A stretch of 64,000 bases of DNA from contig LSRY02000045.1 in the NCBI GenBank assembly GCA_001643675.2, positions 1 to 64,000 of the forward strand, given 5' to 3'. Positions within the stretch are counted from its first letter, which is position 1. Every line of letters starts with the position of its first letter. Below are positions 35,801 through 43,680 of this stretch, one piece after another. A program made the translations under genes and the position numbers. The notes under the pieces are model-generated. The model saw only the letters and a program-made list of their open reading frames with translations. It did not search any database and was not told the DNA's origin. The DNA is from Monocercomonoides exilis PA203 (taxonomy: Eukaryota > Protista > Preaxostyla).

Positions 35801-36802
35801 AGGATCCGCTAAGTATATATCTTGTGGATCATTCACTGCTGAATTTTCTATGAAGTGGCAGCCAGTACAATTGTGTCTGTATACCTTATACATGTAAATT
35901 GCACCTCCTTTATCATCTGAGTGACATCTTTCAAAAACCGAGTTGCTGACATTAAGATCATAATTTGTTGATGTGTTATATCCATTAAAATATATTGCGC
36001 CTCCATATTTTCCTTTGCATCCTATCCAATCTTCATTAGATAATATTACGTGCTTCCATTTCTTATCTACACGGTCAGTTCGGGACAAGTGGAATTTTGA
36101 TGATTTTTCAGTTGATTGTGAATGAGTGCATTGAATATAGCGGTCGAAAGATGATCGAAAATCACAAGCCGGCGAGCTTGGCGACAGTCCGTGCACAACA
36201 GTTCCGTAGAAAACATCTGCACAACGGAAAAAAGTGTTGTTGTAAAGCACAGACGTGTTAACAGCGGATAAATGATCGGCCATTTGTAGCTCCTTGATGG
36301 GTTCTTCTTTTGCTGTAACATTCGAAAAGGCGCTTCCCTCAACGGACTCAAAATCTCCGATGCCTCCGCAGGCAAACGAAGAAGATTTCGAGGGGCAAAA
36401 AACCAAAGAATTAAATGAAGAAAATAAAACTGATGACCTTCCAGCTCCACCAGAAAGCCACGCCAAACTGCAAATTGAACGATTCCAATTTGCTTCAAAA
36501 ACAACGGAAAAATTAACGAAAAAGCATTGGCCATGTGATGTACAAGTTGGGTGCAAATTAATAGTTGGTTTTAATGAAGTAATACGGTCCAACGACAATA
36601 TTGAATTCTTGTCCACGGAGAAAAGTGCTGAGCATCCTCTTTCATCGAGCAACAAGTTCGTGCTTTCCAGGGAAGAATTTGTTAAAAGCACCATTGGCAA
36701 AAATTGCTGATTTGACTTAATTACAGTTTTTTCTTTACCAAACGGAACGAGTTGAGCAGCTACAGCATAACAAAGTGCAAATGCCAAAAAAGTTAACCGC
36801 AT
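23876..36802 (-). CDS. 4308-aa single-pass receptor-like protein: signal peptide, Pmp-like/parallel beta-helix ectodomain with seven CG-x-PC-type modules, TM helix, C-terminal degenerate (pseudo)kinase
   Basis: 12.9-kb uninterrupted ORF starting MRLTFLAFALCYAVAA. Repeated GGAI/GGFL...FSxNxA..G.D motifs. TM WLLYAFIGMIVLAVVLVLAIVAVLL followed by RARRRR (~25897-25805). Kinase C-lobe motifs RWAAPEQL, KSAVFSVGLVLHEMLSRKMPF and RPS; no HRD or DFG. Confidence 0.92.
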   Translation of the reverse strand: MRLTFLAFALCYAVAAQLVPFGKEKTVIKSNQQFLPMVLLTNSSLESTNLLLDERGCSALFSVDKNSILSLDRITSLKPTINLHPTCTSHGQCFFVNFSVVFEANWNRSICSLAWLSGGAGRSSVLFSSFNSLVFCPSKSSSFACGGIGDFESVEGSAFSNVTAKEEPIKELQMADHLSAVNTSVLYNNTFFRCADVFYGTVVHGLSPSSPACDFRSSFDRYIQCTHSQSTEKSSKFHLSRTDRVDKKWKHVILSNEDWIGCKGKYGGAIYFNGYNTSTNYDLNVSNSVFERCHSDDKGGAIYMYKVYRHNCTGCHFIENSAVNDPQDIYLADPDSYHAPGNYIFSYSYSTTTGTSFYINEKGDFSYLIAKMNEQRKIKPSGVDEWGCGLGTLPCKTIEYARSTQRTTYLMPMLCEEGFLTIADLTVATEPLELSGSGIDKTTIGNSAANNAIFMVSGNKLVVQNLCFLLSTSNTRILRMTSASSFSSSAHSSNEPNTFYSSNSGQSNSQFDSIKINQTADKELSAALFSIESGQFSVSKLTAVNIKLSSSFFSLFFFSSCENPSIRDCVFDNISSWYSSSMSIYSPIFTQLSSSNMALSLQNCSFNNISSRDCATGGCLAFNAKLTSSSSDSSISNIASSLSINNCSFNLCKSNPANSKGGAIYANYGRSKPTATDFYVFNTSFSSNKASFGGDLYFVCLNFEESVNETLFGFVSTAESMKGIQMSIFGDDFNHFQGDPIDLRIFLKGYFAMNVHTTSESSGEDIFFCGEIRRKCSTVNYALGRLASPSSSSSHSNGQRTVYISGASTVTSSGNLLNSVSITPEQNSASKSSFSSSYSSDPSESVKANLRIPSSVSGQSSYIFHSSDETSLNSLAFSIAPSVVDEVKHLLQSLVSLQNGILTLSDCSFQWDETPSSNSYSSSLILISSDQRADAKLVISQCTISHSAPLFISAPIFDLSQGSISSQLTSVHIQNVTSSSRSSAVFAFKSISSSSSSDSSSSSSAANPQTSFTQCSFANIKGSEGTNALFSTSPLMTGSVVFEQCNLTDCVGASSTEGGGMRWDVCGSEEMKMINCNISSCAAKESAGSSRGSNEDSSKGKGGGVYLILNGSSSDFCFESCTFSGNRAELGRDVFIQCAKLSQAADLSKYVDVFSSAFDADNSFFGAESATLSNNVDLLDAMRYRNTVVFVFGKAPTTSSSVTSSSSSSAINSDPSDPTSQTGVDWFRCGPSDDPCETIDFSLKQKAAPETEEEETAAAEEEEDKMQTIKVKESSFIKEEIDLSDSILTSAEENEECKVDFVQSIPKATGIAITNTKTMKISHVSFNVPTSFTNGMTLLISSQSGAASLESCNFYLNSSSSFAHSNGDADAGDADAGDADDAVSFSFPLVGVSSGVLSVVSCCFGSNSAVNFGAAVMEISDSVDFTFDTATFQNLCVHSDCLFNIVHSNEASLLHSTSDSASASSRAQTEQTEGEGGDISDKDFSEYSFKFLNCTFNSISSVSSASSAVQTGKASLLSPEHAASVVLSNCSVSACLSEGSLGGGALCLSASSQAPFTLKKSSISRCACNKASGKGGFLFLCLNGRDAEFNFEELTFSGNEAKVGENMFLACTEMNASIKTSKFNFDFSEFAGNTNAFVGNDTKYGNTDLTVFLFAYLGSTINVGSEGLDSVGCGVHVPCFSFWTSMKHIGTEATNKRIIITSSTDIEDEHDISGLTISSQNALDSLSDSPSHSPSSTLSIHSKLNTLNNSQKGVLVNSRSATIEDVFISIPSSFLDGSSVSVNENVLFASECDDSTDLAGSGLSLTKCSFQKQTDEPVKFKLVAAMKGKVSLRDVWVEEMAFSCSAFAFSSGGVLWFEECHFASVNLEQKSFMEMLEVETPKNEGEKEGEGEGEGDSSTAVLLLNSSSFSSINNGASNPCSSIFSLQNIYEVEVVGCTFQTLGSEGCKKGGAMSFELKGVDGQLKMKNVGVTDSICSSSEGCGGGIYLTCATDNNDRYSFSEISVGGNKAHQGRDMFIVANDLRKRVNSELFAFATQFEDKTNALVGFDRRYFSEAVDLMIFVEGFVSASVLVEAPAGQNEVFCGNKYVPCQSLDYSVNRLAESNADEPLRVITVKSNGSIENDISLNSVNVVSFGKENCGINISANVQFASGSVVSSTAALSFSSIDFHIPSVFAVETPEGASLFSSSTETGNIQFSSCSFILTSSESQDVSSCVHLISVLGGVVQLSQCHDDSASFSVTPFVISQTAQASFEGVSFTHLSFSSCSLFSLIHSTTDTKDDYSSSANQESQPSEISFKNCEFTSLHVSEYDEQPSFGSIQLETRLSIVNCSLDDLTSALSEEGGGMRIELGAEGSFCLKGENSEQLSSVSHCTCSTFVGKGGFLYLSCCNSIDGFSLSDLVFSENEAFVGRNVFILSSDLNSSVVIGRLMFDWTEWKNTTAFFGADEVNFTEGISLDKLLFEHTDTSVVVSSSGRDIHGCGSETEPCLSFWEGMRHFREGVQFREIKINTSAAISDEWDLSNSSISPAVPSSPGYSSSSSSDEPSSDECTINVGKAIQSLSEPSEAVLTNKLVLTFTSINFCLPSSFETSQKELLFTETGTATLNKCSFAMQTAEEGIAFVLFHVSSGTLSIEESKMAELSFATSAIRLSAPAAHFVASAFSVDVLNFADGSFISVDDAEEKGDEESVLSGNGKETKASKEASEIRLENLQWHLIRSTNAKASIISCESALSVALTMDNSTFSDCNSESQLGGAFCVWMKEKAGGLADSWANEGSVLANLSSFVTCACSTSEGRGGAIALSCLDDPEDSDAPSSEKAKALPIKFRLIRFSLNRASVAKDLYIVCRSIAEQINEALFVMDFSELAFDRENAIFGMDKVEEEPIDLVPFIVFYKSERIFVSGEKGKNEKDCGRREDPCETLSEAVRHLNDEPYQNVLVVKKAAVSTETAISSATVQTVGGSPAVFEFNCKIAQTDGSADCVVSSSEECSILGMDIVFGPSFVSPHRSVFGVRSGNLTLGDCTITSEEPAQLANTVICVESHCLCLSNVSFSAIRLQASRQQPSAEAFGAKQFAQSSSSSSSSSLSSFEPEAGNSFIEACSGAAVELIGVCFKELSLFVVSGDASQSAHVIKCESSSLTASGLRIEDCSVSFITPSDSSSSSSSSSSSSSSQSPNSFESSANSLISVSGGSVAVLADICIEHVFECCGVLSAESGCKVEVKRSNVSSLSSHSSAFAAEMAASFVLREVSISQVSVEEGCLFALLPPLSSPLSSLSSLFDEESDNFEFNSEFYKAADESSDTPFELVLCEVRDVQLKHSEGAAVKAASWNSRILIDSCVFSNISGQRERGSYLDLTSCGNVTIEKSSFWGVAEMRSQNGQNIRSKVNENEETGEETGFVWEWSSSSINFVESTVNINDTSFENFSQGAISLSNSTVTIEMGMFQNNNPFVSGYPSLRRNILCSDGSTLNVKSVKGGDGAKENSSFWVLDKDGTLNKGESEVPLSFFVPSIESVEKSENENKDIELKFIGTLLLPCSPVLRVLRIEGEITTIEDLAIKETKSIDENTLECLIDSSAKGKLENEYKVAVLLQFRDEHNNLIVQTNEFVINEAHPPPADENNTEANDQNKMTKTENGKGSVSWLLYAFIGMIVLAVVLVLAIVAVLLRARRRRQIEEKNRAKGMRYAYDIYGDGAEGGFEMQRMETAAIGMGLSGAAQTSEICSSQEALLRCEGSGRFGRLNGDGGDGGVDGFDCRLVAADGQCNTLELLLDAQQREEGQAKEKEREKWMGQREVANALSPFAPPVLNGAESNRSLCVSPGLAGAGAAVNGGSGGKGINRLNSVHSANSANSYNSYSSYNSNDSNNSNNSLNRMNGVNGVNGVGAEQGAETCLMVPYSDAQTTTSLSQLVEGMSCEHPFESVVVDLRDTVFARVHLAEEKKKKKMEKMENMGMGRGGIEGMEEEKEGEEEKKREKAKKEEVEAARVIFWVLNGVEHLLQSGREEELREFTSQSVVFTDGGAVALRLYSSTAGGAFEGEGGREGEREGGWGDEEGEDFVGFSVESCLSRGKEREKERGKGVLCRKSERPTNFFAQRWAAPEQLSGAVGQPNEKSAVFSVGLVLHEMLSRKMPFEDEDAFAAGVSIAAGRKPSEIGAEYSFLRPIVEQMLQKNPALRPSICALKKKIAGILPEAEELMKKGREGEGEEVKREGNGEGNGELGIVSISTSASILSIASSASSASSASSASSDGSDDSDDSAEVDALDDSDESVDSLSSSSSVSSFGSFASASSAQSDSECVSEADLKEESEDKSSCLA

Positions 36803-37799
36803 TGCAGCAATTTACAACAAATTCTCTCCTGTAAAACCGAAAAAGTCAACAAAACAATTTTGATCTAAACCTAAAAAGAAAAAATCGTGTCATATGATTT
36901 TTATTAGGAAATATATTTTTTTGTTTAATAAAAAAAAGAAAATAAACTCCGCATAATTCGTATAGCATGATATTAATATTTTGATAATTATTTTTGTCTT
37001 CAACACATATTAATTTAAAAATGCAATGCAACGTAAAAATATTTCAAATTAAAATACATATGGCATAATCTCTTTGAAAAGTCGGAAAACTTTAATTTCG
37101 AACCCACAAAAGATCACAAATTCGAAAACTCAATTTTTTGGCAATTTTTGTCTCTTATCATACACAACATTTTCATAACATTATTCTCAAATAATTTACA
37201 GCATTTGAACAAATCACAAACTTTTTCCATATTTAATTTTCATAATGTTTCAGTGATCAATATGAACAATAATCTTAAAAAGATTGATTATAGAACATAA
37301 GCACTACATAAACATTGAGAATGTTTATAGAAATTAATTTATCTTAAAGTTGAATGGATTAACGTCTCGTTTAAATTCTTTGCAATCAGCCAAATTTTAA
37401 AGTTTGACAAAGCGATGAATGTTGTTTATTTAACAAACCAATCACGAAAATTTTTAATTGAACAATGTAACATTCCTTTTCTTGTTGTTTTCAATTCATT
37501 TTTGGCTTTATTTGTTATGAAATCAATACGCATTGTTATTATTAAGCGAAAACTGTGATTTGATGAATTTAATATGAAATAACGAAATAAAAAAGGAAAG
37601 AAAAATAAGAATTACAAATTTGGAAATACCTGTGGAATATTTCTATACTCAAACAATTGTACCAATCATGGAAATTGCTTTTCTAATTGTGTGTGAATTT
37701 GTGTTCATTGTTTAATTGGAACCTCCAATCCTTATAAAATTTTTAATAAATAAATTATCGAAAAGCCTTCATTTTCATCTTCTTCTTCCTATTCCACTT

Positions 37800-40700
37800 T
37801 CTTTTCCTCTCCTCTACCTATACACTTTCTGCAGACGAACCCATTGATGATACCAAACCAGTGAACGTAAGCGTTGCCGAAATATTCCTTAATAAACACG
37901 ATCCCGATGACGATGAGCCTGCAAAAAATGATGATGGGGAAGTGCTAGTGAGGGAAAGCCTCAAACACTCACTCAATTTGCTTCACAAATTGTTCTTTTC
38001 CTCTCTTTTTCTTTTTCTTTCTCTTTTTCTTTCTTTCACTGCACCTTCGCTGCCCTCTACTTCACCACCGATCGTTGCCTCAATTTCTCCACTTTGCCAC
38101 TCTCATCTTTCAATCCTCAAACTTCAACCTCTCTTCTTCTTTGCTTCGCATTCGCATTCACCTTCGCCTTCGCCTTCGCCTTTTCTTTTTCATTCATCAT
38201 CATCATCTTCCTCTTCTTCATTGTCAGCTTCTTCTGATAATTCATCTATCTTGTCTGTATGCATTTGCGACAAATCCTATTCACAAAGGGACTTCCCACA
38301 TTCAAAACGGTCGAATGCTTTTCTCTTCTTTTGCAGTGAAAAATTGGAATCTTCATCCATTAGGCTTCTTATCTGCGATAAATCATCACATATCAACAAT
38401 CTTTGGTATCATCTTCTGCACAAAGCAGCAATCCAGCAGTTCAGATAGCCAACATTGACAGCCGCTCATGTTCTCAAGGTCTTACACTGCGAATTGTTGC
38501 ATGTGACTCCGCAGGCCATATACATATTGACTCTTCCACTTCCAGCAACTGGGAAGAGCAACAGCATCCACAGTCGCTCCAAACTTCACAAGACAACAGT
38601 GTATCTTTTGCGATCCATCAGCAGAATGAATCATTTCATTCTGAACTTTCTTTCCAAAATCAGATGGAGTGTGAACAGCAGTCTGCTCTTCCTCTGCTAT
38701 CATCTCCACTGTAAAACGAGTTGTGAAATGAATTGGGGAAAGAATACTTTTGTGGAAGTGGAAGCGTATGTGGCGTTGGTGGCGACGAAGATCAAAGAGA
38801 TGAAGCAGGCATTGTTGGCTTTTTGAACACCGACTCTCTTTCATTTGTCAACATGGTATTACAGAATTAGCAGGCACAGCCAGAACGGGGAGAGTGCTTG
38901 TGGAGGAAGGGAAAGCAGCAGCTGGAAGATAAGGAGAAGTGAAACCAAAGAGACCTCAGTGAGGCAGAGAGAAGTGATTGAATGGCTGGTTGAGATGCTG
39001 GTTTGTGATAATTTGGACTGGGAAAGAGTCAGATGATTTTGGAAGTTTTGAAAAAGAAGAAGAAAAAGAAAAAGAAAAAGAAGAAGCAGAAGCAGAAGCA
39101 GAAAAGGCAGACAATGCAAACGGATGTTCAGAAGTCGAATGAATCAAACGAATCGAATCTGAGTCATTCACTTTCGAGCCACTCTACTGATGCTGCAGTG
39201 CAAAATGCTCGTTTTCTTTGTCGTTCACTCTCTGTCTTCTGTGCTTCTTTGGCGTTCTCTGCCTTCTTGCTTCACTTTGCTCTTCTTCTTCTGCCTCTTA
39301 TCCAGCTTCATTGCCCTAGTTGAGAATTATCTAGCTATCGTACAGAATTCCTATCTCACTCACTTCTCTCCCTACAAACACCAGCCCCGCTTTCTTCAAC
39401 AGTCTCATTTGCTCATGCTGCAGTTCCTCCTTCTCTCTTTCTTCTCTCCCTTCGCTCCTCATTCTTACCACTGTTCCTCCTCTTCCTCCTCCTCCGCTTC
39501 CATCTCCTCCTCCTTTGCTGATTCCTCTATCACTCCCTCCTTCCCTTCCTCTGCTTCTTCTTCCCTCTCTTCCTCCTCCTCCGTTTCCCAATTCGCACCA
39601 TGGCTACAACCACTCGCTTTCAGGAAACACTTCATCATCCTTCTTCATCTGCTGTATCATTATCTTCCTCCTTATCTATCTCTTCTCCTTCTCCCTCTGG
39701 TTTTGCATCAGGTTTCTCTCGCTCATCATCGTCGTGAACCCGCCGTCCGCACAAACCGCCAGAATGATCTCTTCTTTCCTCCTCCTCTTCTTCCTATCCT
39801 TCTATGATGCTTCTGCTTCTGTCTTTGTCTATGCATCGTCTGTCTTGTCGCTCCAGTTGTAAACATCAAACAAACTGAACCCTCCTTTCTCGTCGTCTGC
39901 CAGTCTATCGTCCTCTTCTTCCTCATATTCCTCGTCTTCCTCGTCTTCATCGCAGTATCTATCACAGGAGCCGGACTCTTCCTCTGCTCTCACTTCATCA
40001 TCCCGAGGAAATCAATGCTTCCGCTCAATGAACTTTTTTCTTGATTCTACAGCTTCGTTCGCTCTTGAAGGCGCTGCAACCTTTGTCTATCGGATTCTTT
40101 TGCTCTGGACAAGCAAGAGGAGATGGTGAGTGGAGGAGACATCGGAATGGAAAAAGCGGTTGGCGTGGGAATCAGGATATGGGCCGAAGCGCGTAGAGGA
40201 GTGGGGAGAGGAGAAGCTATAGGAGCAAGATGATGTGAAAACTTTTTGTGGAAGCCGGTGTTTGTATGTTTAAAAGACAGAACCTGGAAGGGTGAGTTAG
40301 AAGGGGTTACATTTGGAGATTGGGAGTGAAATGGATAGGATGAAGAAGAAGAAGAAGAAGAAGAAGAAGAAGAAGAAGAAGAATGAGACGAATAAGAAGA
40401 ATGAGAATAAGAATTATTTGCTGATAAAATAGAAGAAGTTAAAAGAGAAGAAGATGAAGAAGATATCATAGATAAGAATGAAGCAGTAGGAGAAGAAATA
40501 TGACTGGAGAAGGAAGAAGAAAAAGAAAAAGAGGAGGAAGAGGAGGAAGAAGAAAGCAAATGAAACTTCCTCGTTACCTTTTTTGACATTCTGCATTATT
40601 TCCATAGACACTGCAATGATATATTCATCCAAATGCCAGACACAACTTGTAATTAGCCAGTAACCTCCAAAATTCCACTCACGCAATTTAAAACATTTCA

Positions 40701-41130
40701 TTACTCATTCCACTTCCTTCAGAGCGATAGCAGCGCCTTCTTCAAAGCAAAGCCTGGGAAAGCCTGTAGAATATCCAACGGAGTATTTTTTTTCTCCTCC
40801 GAATGATGGCGGAGAAAAGCTGTTTGAGCTTTTCGCATTTGAAGATGATGAGAATGTGCAGTGTTGCTTGAAATTCAACGAAGGAGCGAAAGATTGCTGT
40901 AGGAAAAGAATTCCAAGGAATTCTAGCTGATCACGGCGAGCGATAAGCATACCAAAGCCGGGCTGAAAAAAAGACGGAGCCGAACAATCTGTTGCCAATG
41001 CTGGAGATCACGCAAAGCTTCATCAAATCGACAATATTTTATACACAGTTGCGGGTAGACTTCTTCATTTTCCTGTTTCTCGGGACATTCCACTTTTTTA
41101 TATCCGAATAGATTGCCATCTTCTATTCAT
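37800..41130 (-). pseudogene. Disrupted low-complexity (Ser/Glu-rich) gene(s) of unknown function
   Basis: Chain of short minus-strand ORFs with coding-like composition broken by in-frame stops (e.g. 40998-40705, TGA, then 40701-40414 in the same frame). No recognisable domain. Confidence 0.3.
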
Positions 41131-43245
41131 TATGTGTTTCAAAAAGAAACATTTCCAACGAGATTCTCAGTTCAGAATTAGACCTTGTTTTATTCATCCA
41201 ATCTTCAAAACTGTTTTTTTATCAATCGAGTTGAAACAAATGACTACGAATATGTTATGACCATAAAAGATAAAATGCTGCTTTTTGAAAAAAAAACTGC
41301 AAAATAAAAATGCAACAAACATATCAAAACTTGAATCAAATGACTGTTTTTGGCAAATATGAAAAATGTTTGTTGGTTTCATTTTTGCAACAAATATTAT
41401 TAAATAAGTGTTCACTGCGACAGAAAACATTCAAACAGGAACATAATGCATTTTTCAATGTATGTAATTTGAATGTCCATAAGAAATTAACAAAATAAAC
41501 CATTGTTTCCTTGTAGATTGATGAAAGCAGCAAAAATTAAAAATACCTCCTTTTGGTGTTTATTTTCATTAATGCAATTGTGGTTCTTCGAAAACTTTTG
41601 AAAAGTGAGAATAATGTTGATATTGTAATTTGCACTTCAATGGAACATGGTTGAATAATGTTATATTATTTATTATTTGAAAAAAAGCAAATGTCAGACT
41701 ATCTCTGATTTTTCAAAAAGAATTTCTGACCCGTTTCTTTTATTCTGCATTCATGATGCCCATGTCGAGAATCATTCTTCCCCATGGTTTGTTTCTGGAA
41801 TTTTGACAATTCTGAAAAAAAGTTTTCAAAAGTGTTGTTATTTATCCAAGATCAATAGATATTTGTTTCTGTAGGATCTATGCGAAGAGGAGTATACATG
41901 ATTGTCCAATAATAATGCAGCATTCATATTTAAATAAGATCAGCAACGAACGAAATACAATGAAGAAATGTTTTGATAAACTTTTTTTATTCGAAGAGAA
42001 ATTGATAGTTTAAAGGAAATAATTACATATATTTCATGTCATTTTCTCTTTATTTGAATGAAATGCTTTGACGTATCTTGGTTTGTTGCTGCAACTACGT
42101 ATTTCACTATTATAATTCTTTATTTGAATTTTTTGTCTTTTTTTTGTGAAAATTGTCGAATTTTTTCTGAATGAAACTTCTGAAGAAATCATATTGGAAA
42201 AAAAACCGTGGAGCATTTCATCATGCTTAAACTTGCCGAAGAATTTATCTTTCAAATTGAATCCAAACCTAAATTTTTTTAATAATGTTTGTGATTTCAA
42301 CGTGTTCTTTAATTGCACCCCAACAAATAATTATGAATCCATTATTTTCATCTTCCTTCCTTTCTTCTTCTCAGTGAAAGCTGAGATTTCAAAGGAAGAG
42401 CAATTAAACGCTGTGTCTTCTGATCGTTTTCTTTCATAAAAGCGTCTGAGAAACCCTAAACAGGCTGCAAAATCGGTGGTGAAGATAAGTGGAGAAACGT
42501 CAATTATGGGGCAGTGGAGATTGAAATCTAACGTAGTAGAAGTTGTTGGTGCGAAGGGCAACAATTCTCCCGTGTGAAGAGAAAGAGGCAGAAAAGAAGG
42601 AGGAATTGAAAGGAGCAAAGGAAGATGAGGTAACGGAAGAGGGGGATTTTAAAAGTTGAAGTGAAATTAGAAGAAATGAAAAAGGTGGAGGAGAAGGAAG
42701 AAGATTTGGTTTTGGAAACGGGCGCAGAGGATGCAAATCAAGAAGAGGATATAGCAGAAAAAGTGGGAAGGAAGAAATGCAGATTGGGATGGAGGAAAAT
42801 GAAATAAGACATAAATCACCTGTTGAAAAATGATACTTTTTCTAAGTGATTCAACTCTAAATCAACTTTATCATTCATATCTTGTGTTAATTATTTTTTT
42901 CCACAAACAAAACTCAAACACTTCTTTAAAAAATTAGCGAAAATAACAATTGCTTGCTTATTAAGAAAACTGAGACCAAGCGAATTTGAAATTTGAATTT
43001 TTAAATATTAAAGTGCCGTTCAAAAAATTAGTACATTCTTTATTGATTAAAAGAATAAGCAAAGAGATGCACAACATACAAAAACCAAAAAATCGATGTC
43101 TGACACAAGAAGAAATGTGATGACGTTCAAAACAAAACTTTGTCAGGAGAAATTCACTCAAAATAATGAATGAAAATATTGAGGTTGATTTAAACAAAAA
43201 TGCTTTTTCAGCAGAAAAAATTATCATCTTCATTTTATTCACTCT

Positions 43246-43680
43246 TCAATCTCTGAACTTCCCAACGAGTTCCGTAGCTTTCGCAATTGTGCTTTGCTTG
43301 TCATCCAATGGGGTGTCCTTCAGGTTAATTGCATTAGTTATCTTCACCAACGCTTCCCTTCCCCCAAAGCACTTAACAAACTCTCGCCGCAGCTTTCTCA
43401 ATGTCGGCTGCTCTCCTGCCGCTCCAGATAGGCTCGCCCGAACACCATTCTCGTACGAGTTCCCCCTCAACCTTCTCAGGTCAGGCCTTTCTCCATTCAC
43501 AATCTTCTGCCCTGCCACATCAGCCTCGTATTCCCCCAATGGCATCTGCAGCGTCAGGCACTCTCACGCCATCATCCCGATAGAAAACTCCACCGTCTTC
43601 TTTGTCGCGTGCCCCTTCGCACCATTCGGCAGCTCTGACGCCTTCTACCGTATGCACTTCTTCCAGAGATCATCTTCGTG
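43246..43680 (-). pseudogene. Orphan C-terminal pseudokinase fragment of the receptor family
   Basis: Reads KCIR*KASELPNGAKGHATKKTVEFSIGMMA*ECLTLQMPLGEYEADVAGQKIVNGERPDL, which aligns with RWAAPEQL...KSAVFSVGLVLHEMLSRKMPFEDEDAFAAGVSIAAGRKPS of the 4308-aa protein. Two in-frame stops. Confidence 0.8.

Noticed and set aside
37085-37115. tRNA-like T-loop/B-box (GGGTTCGAAA on the minus strand)
   Set aside because: No acceptor, D or anticodon stems can be formed around it.
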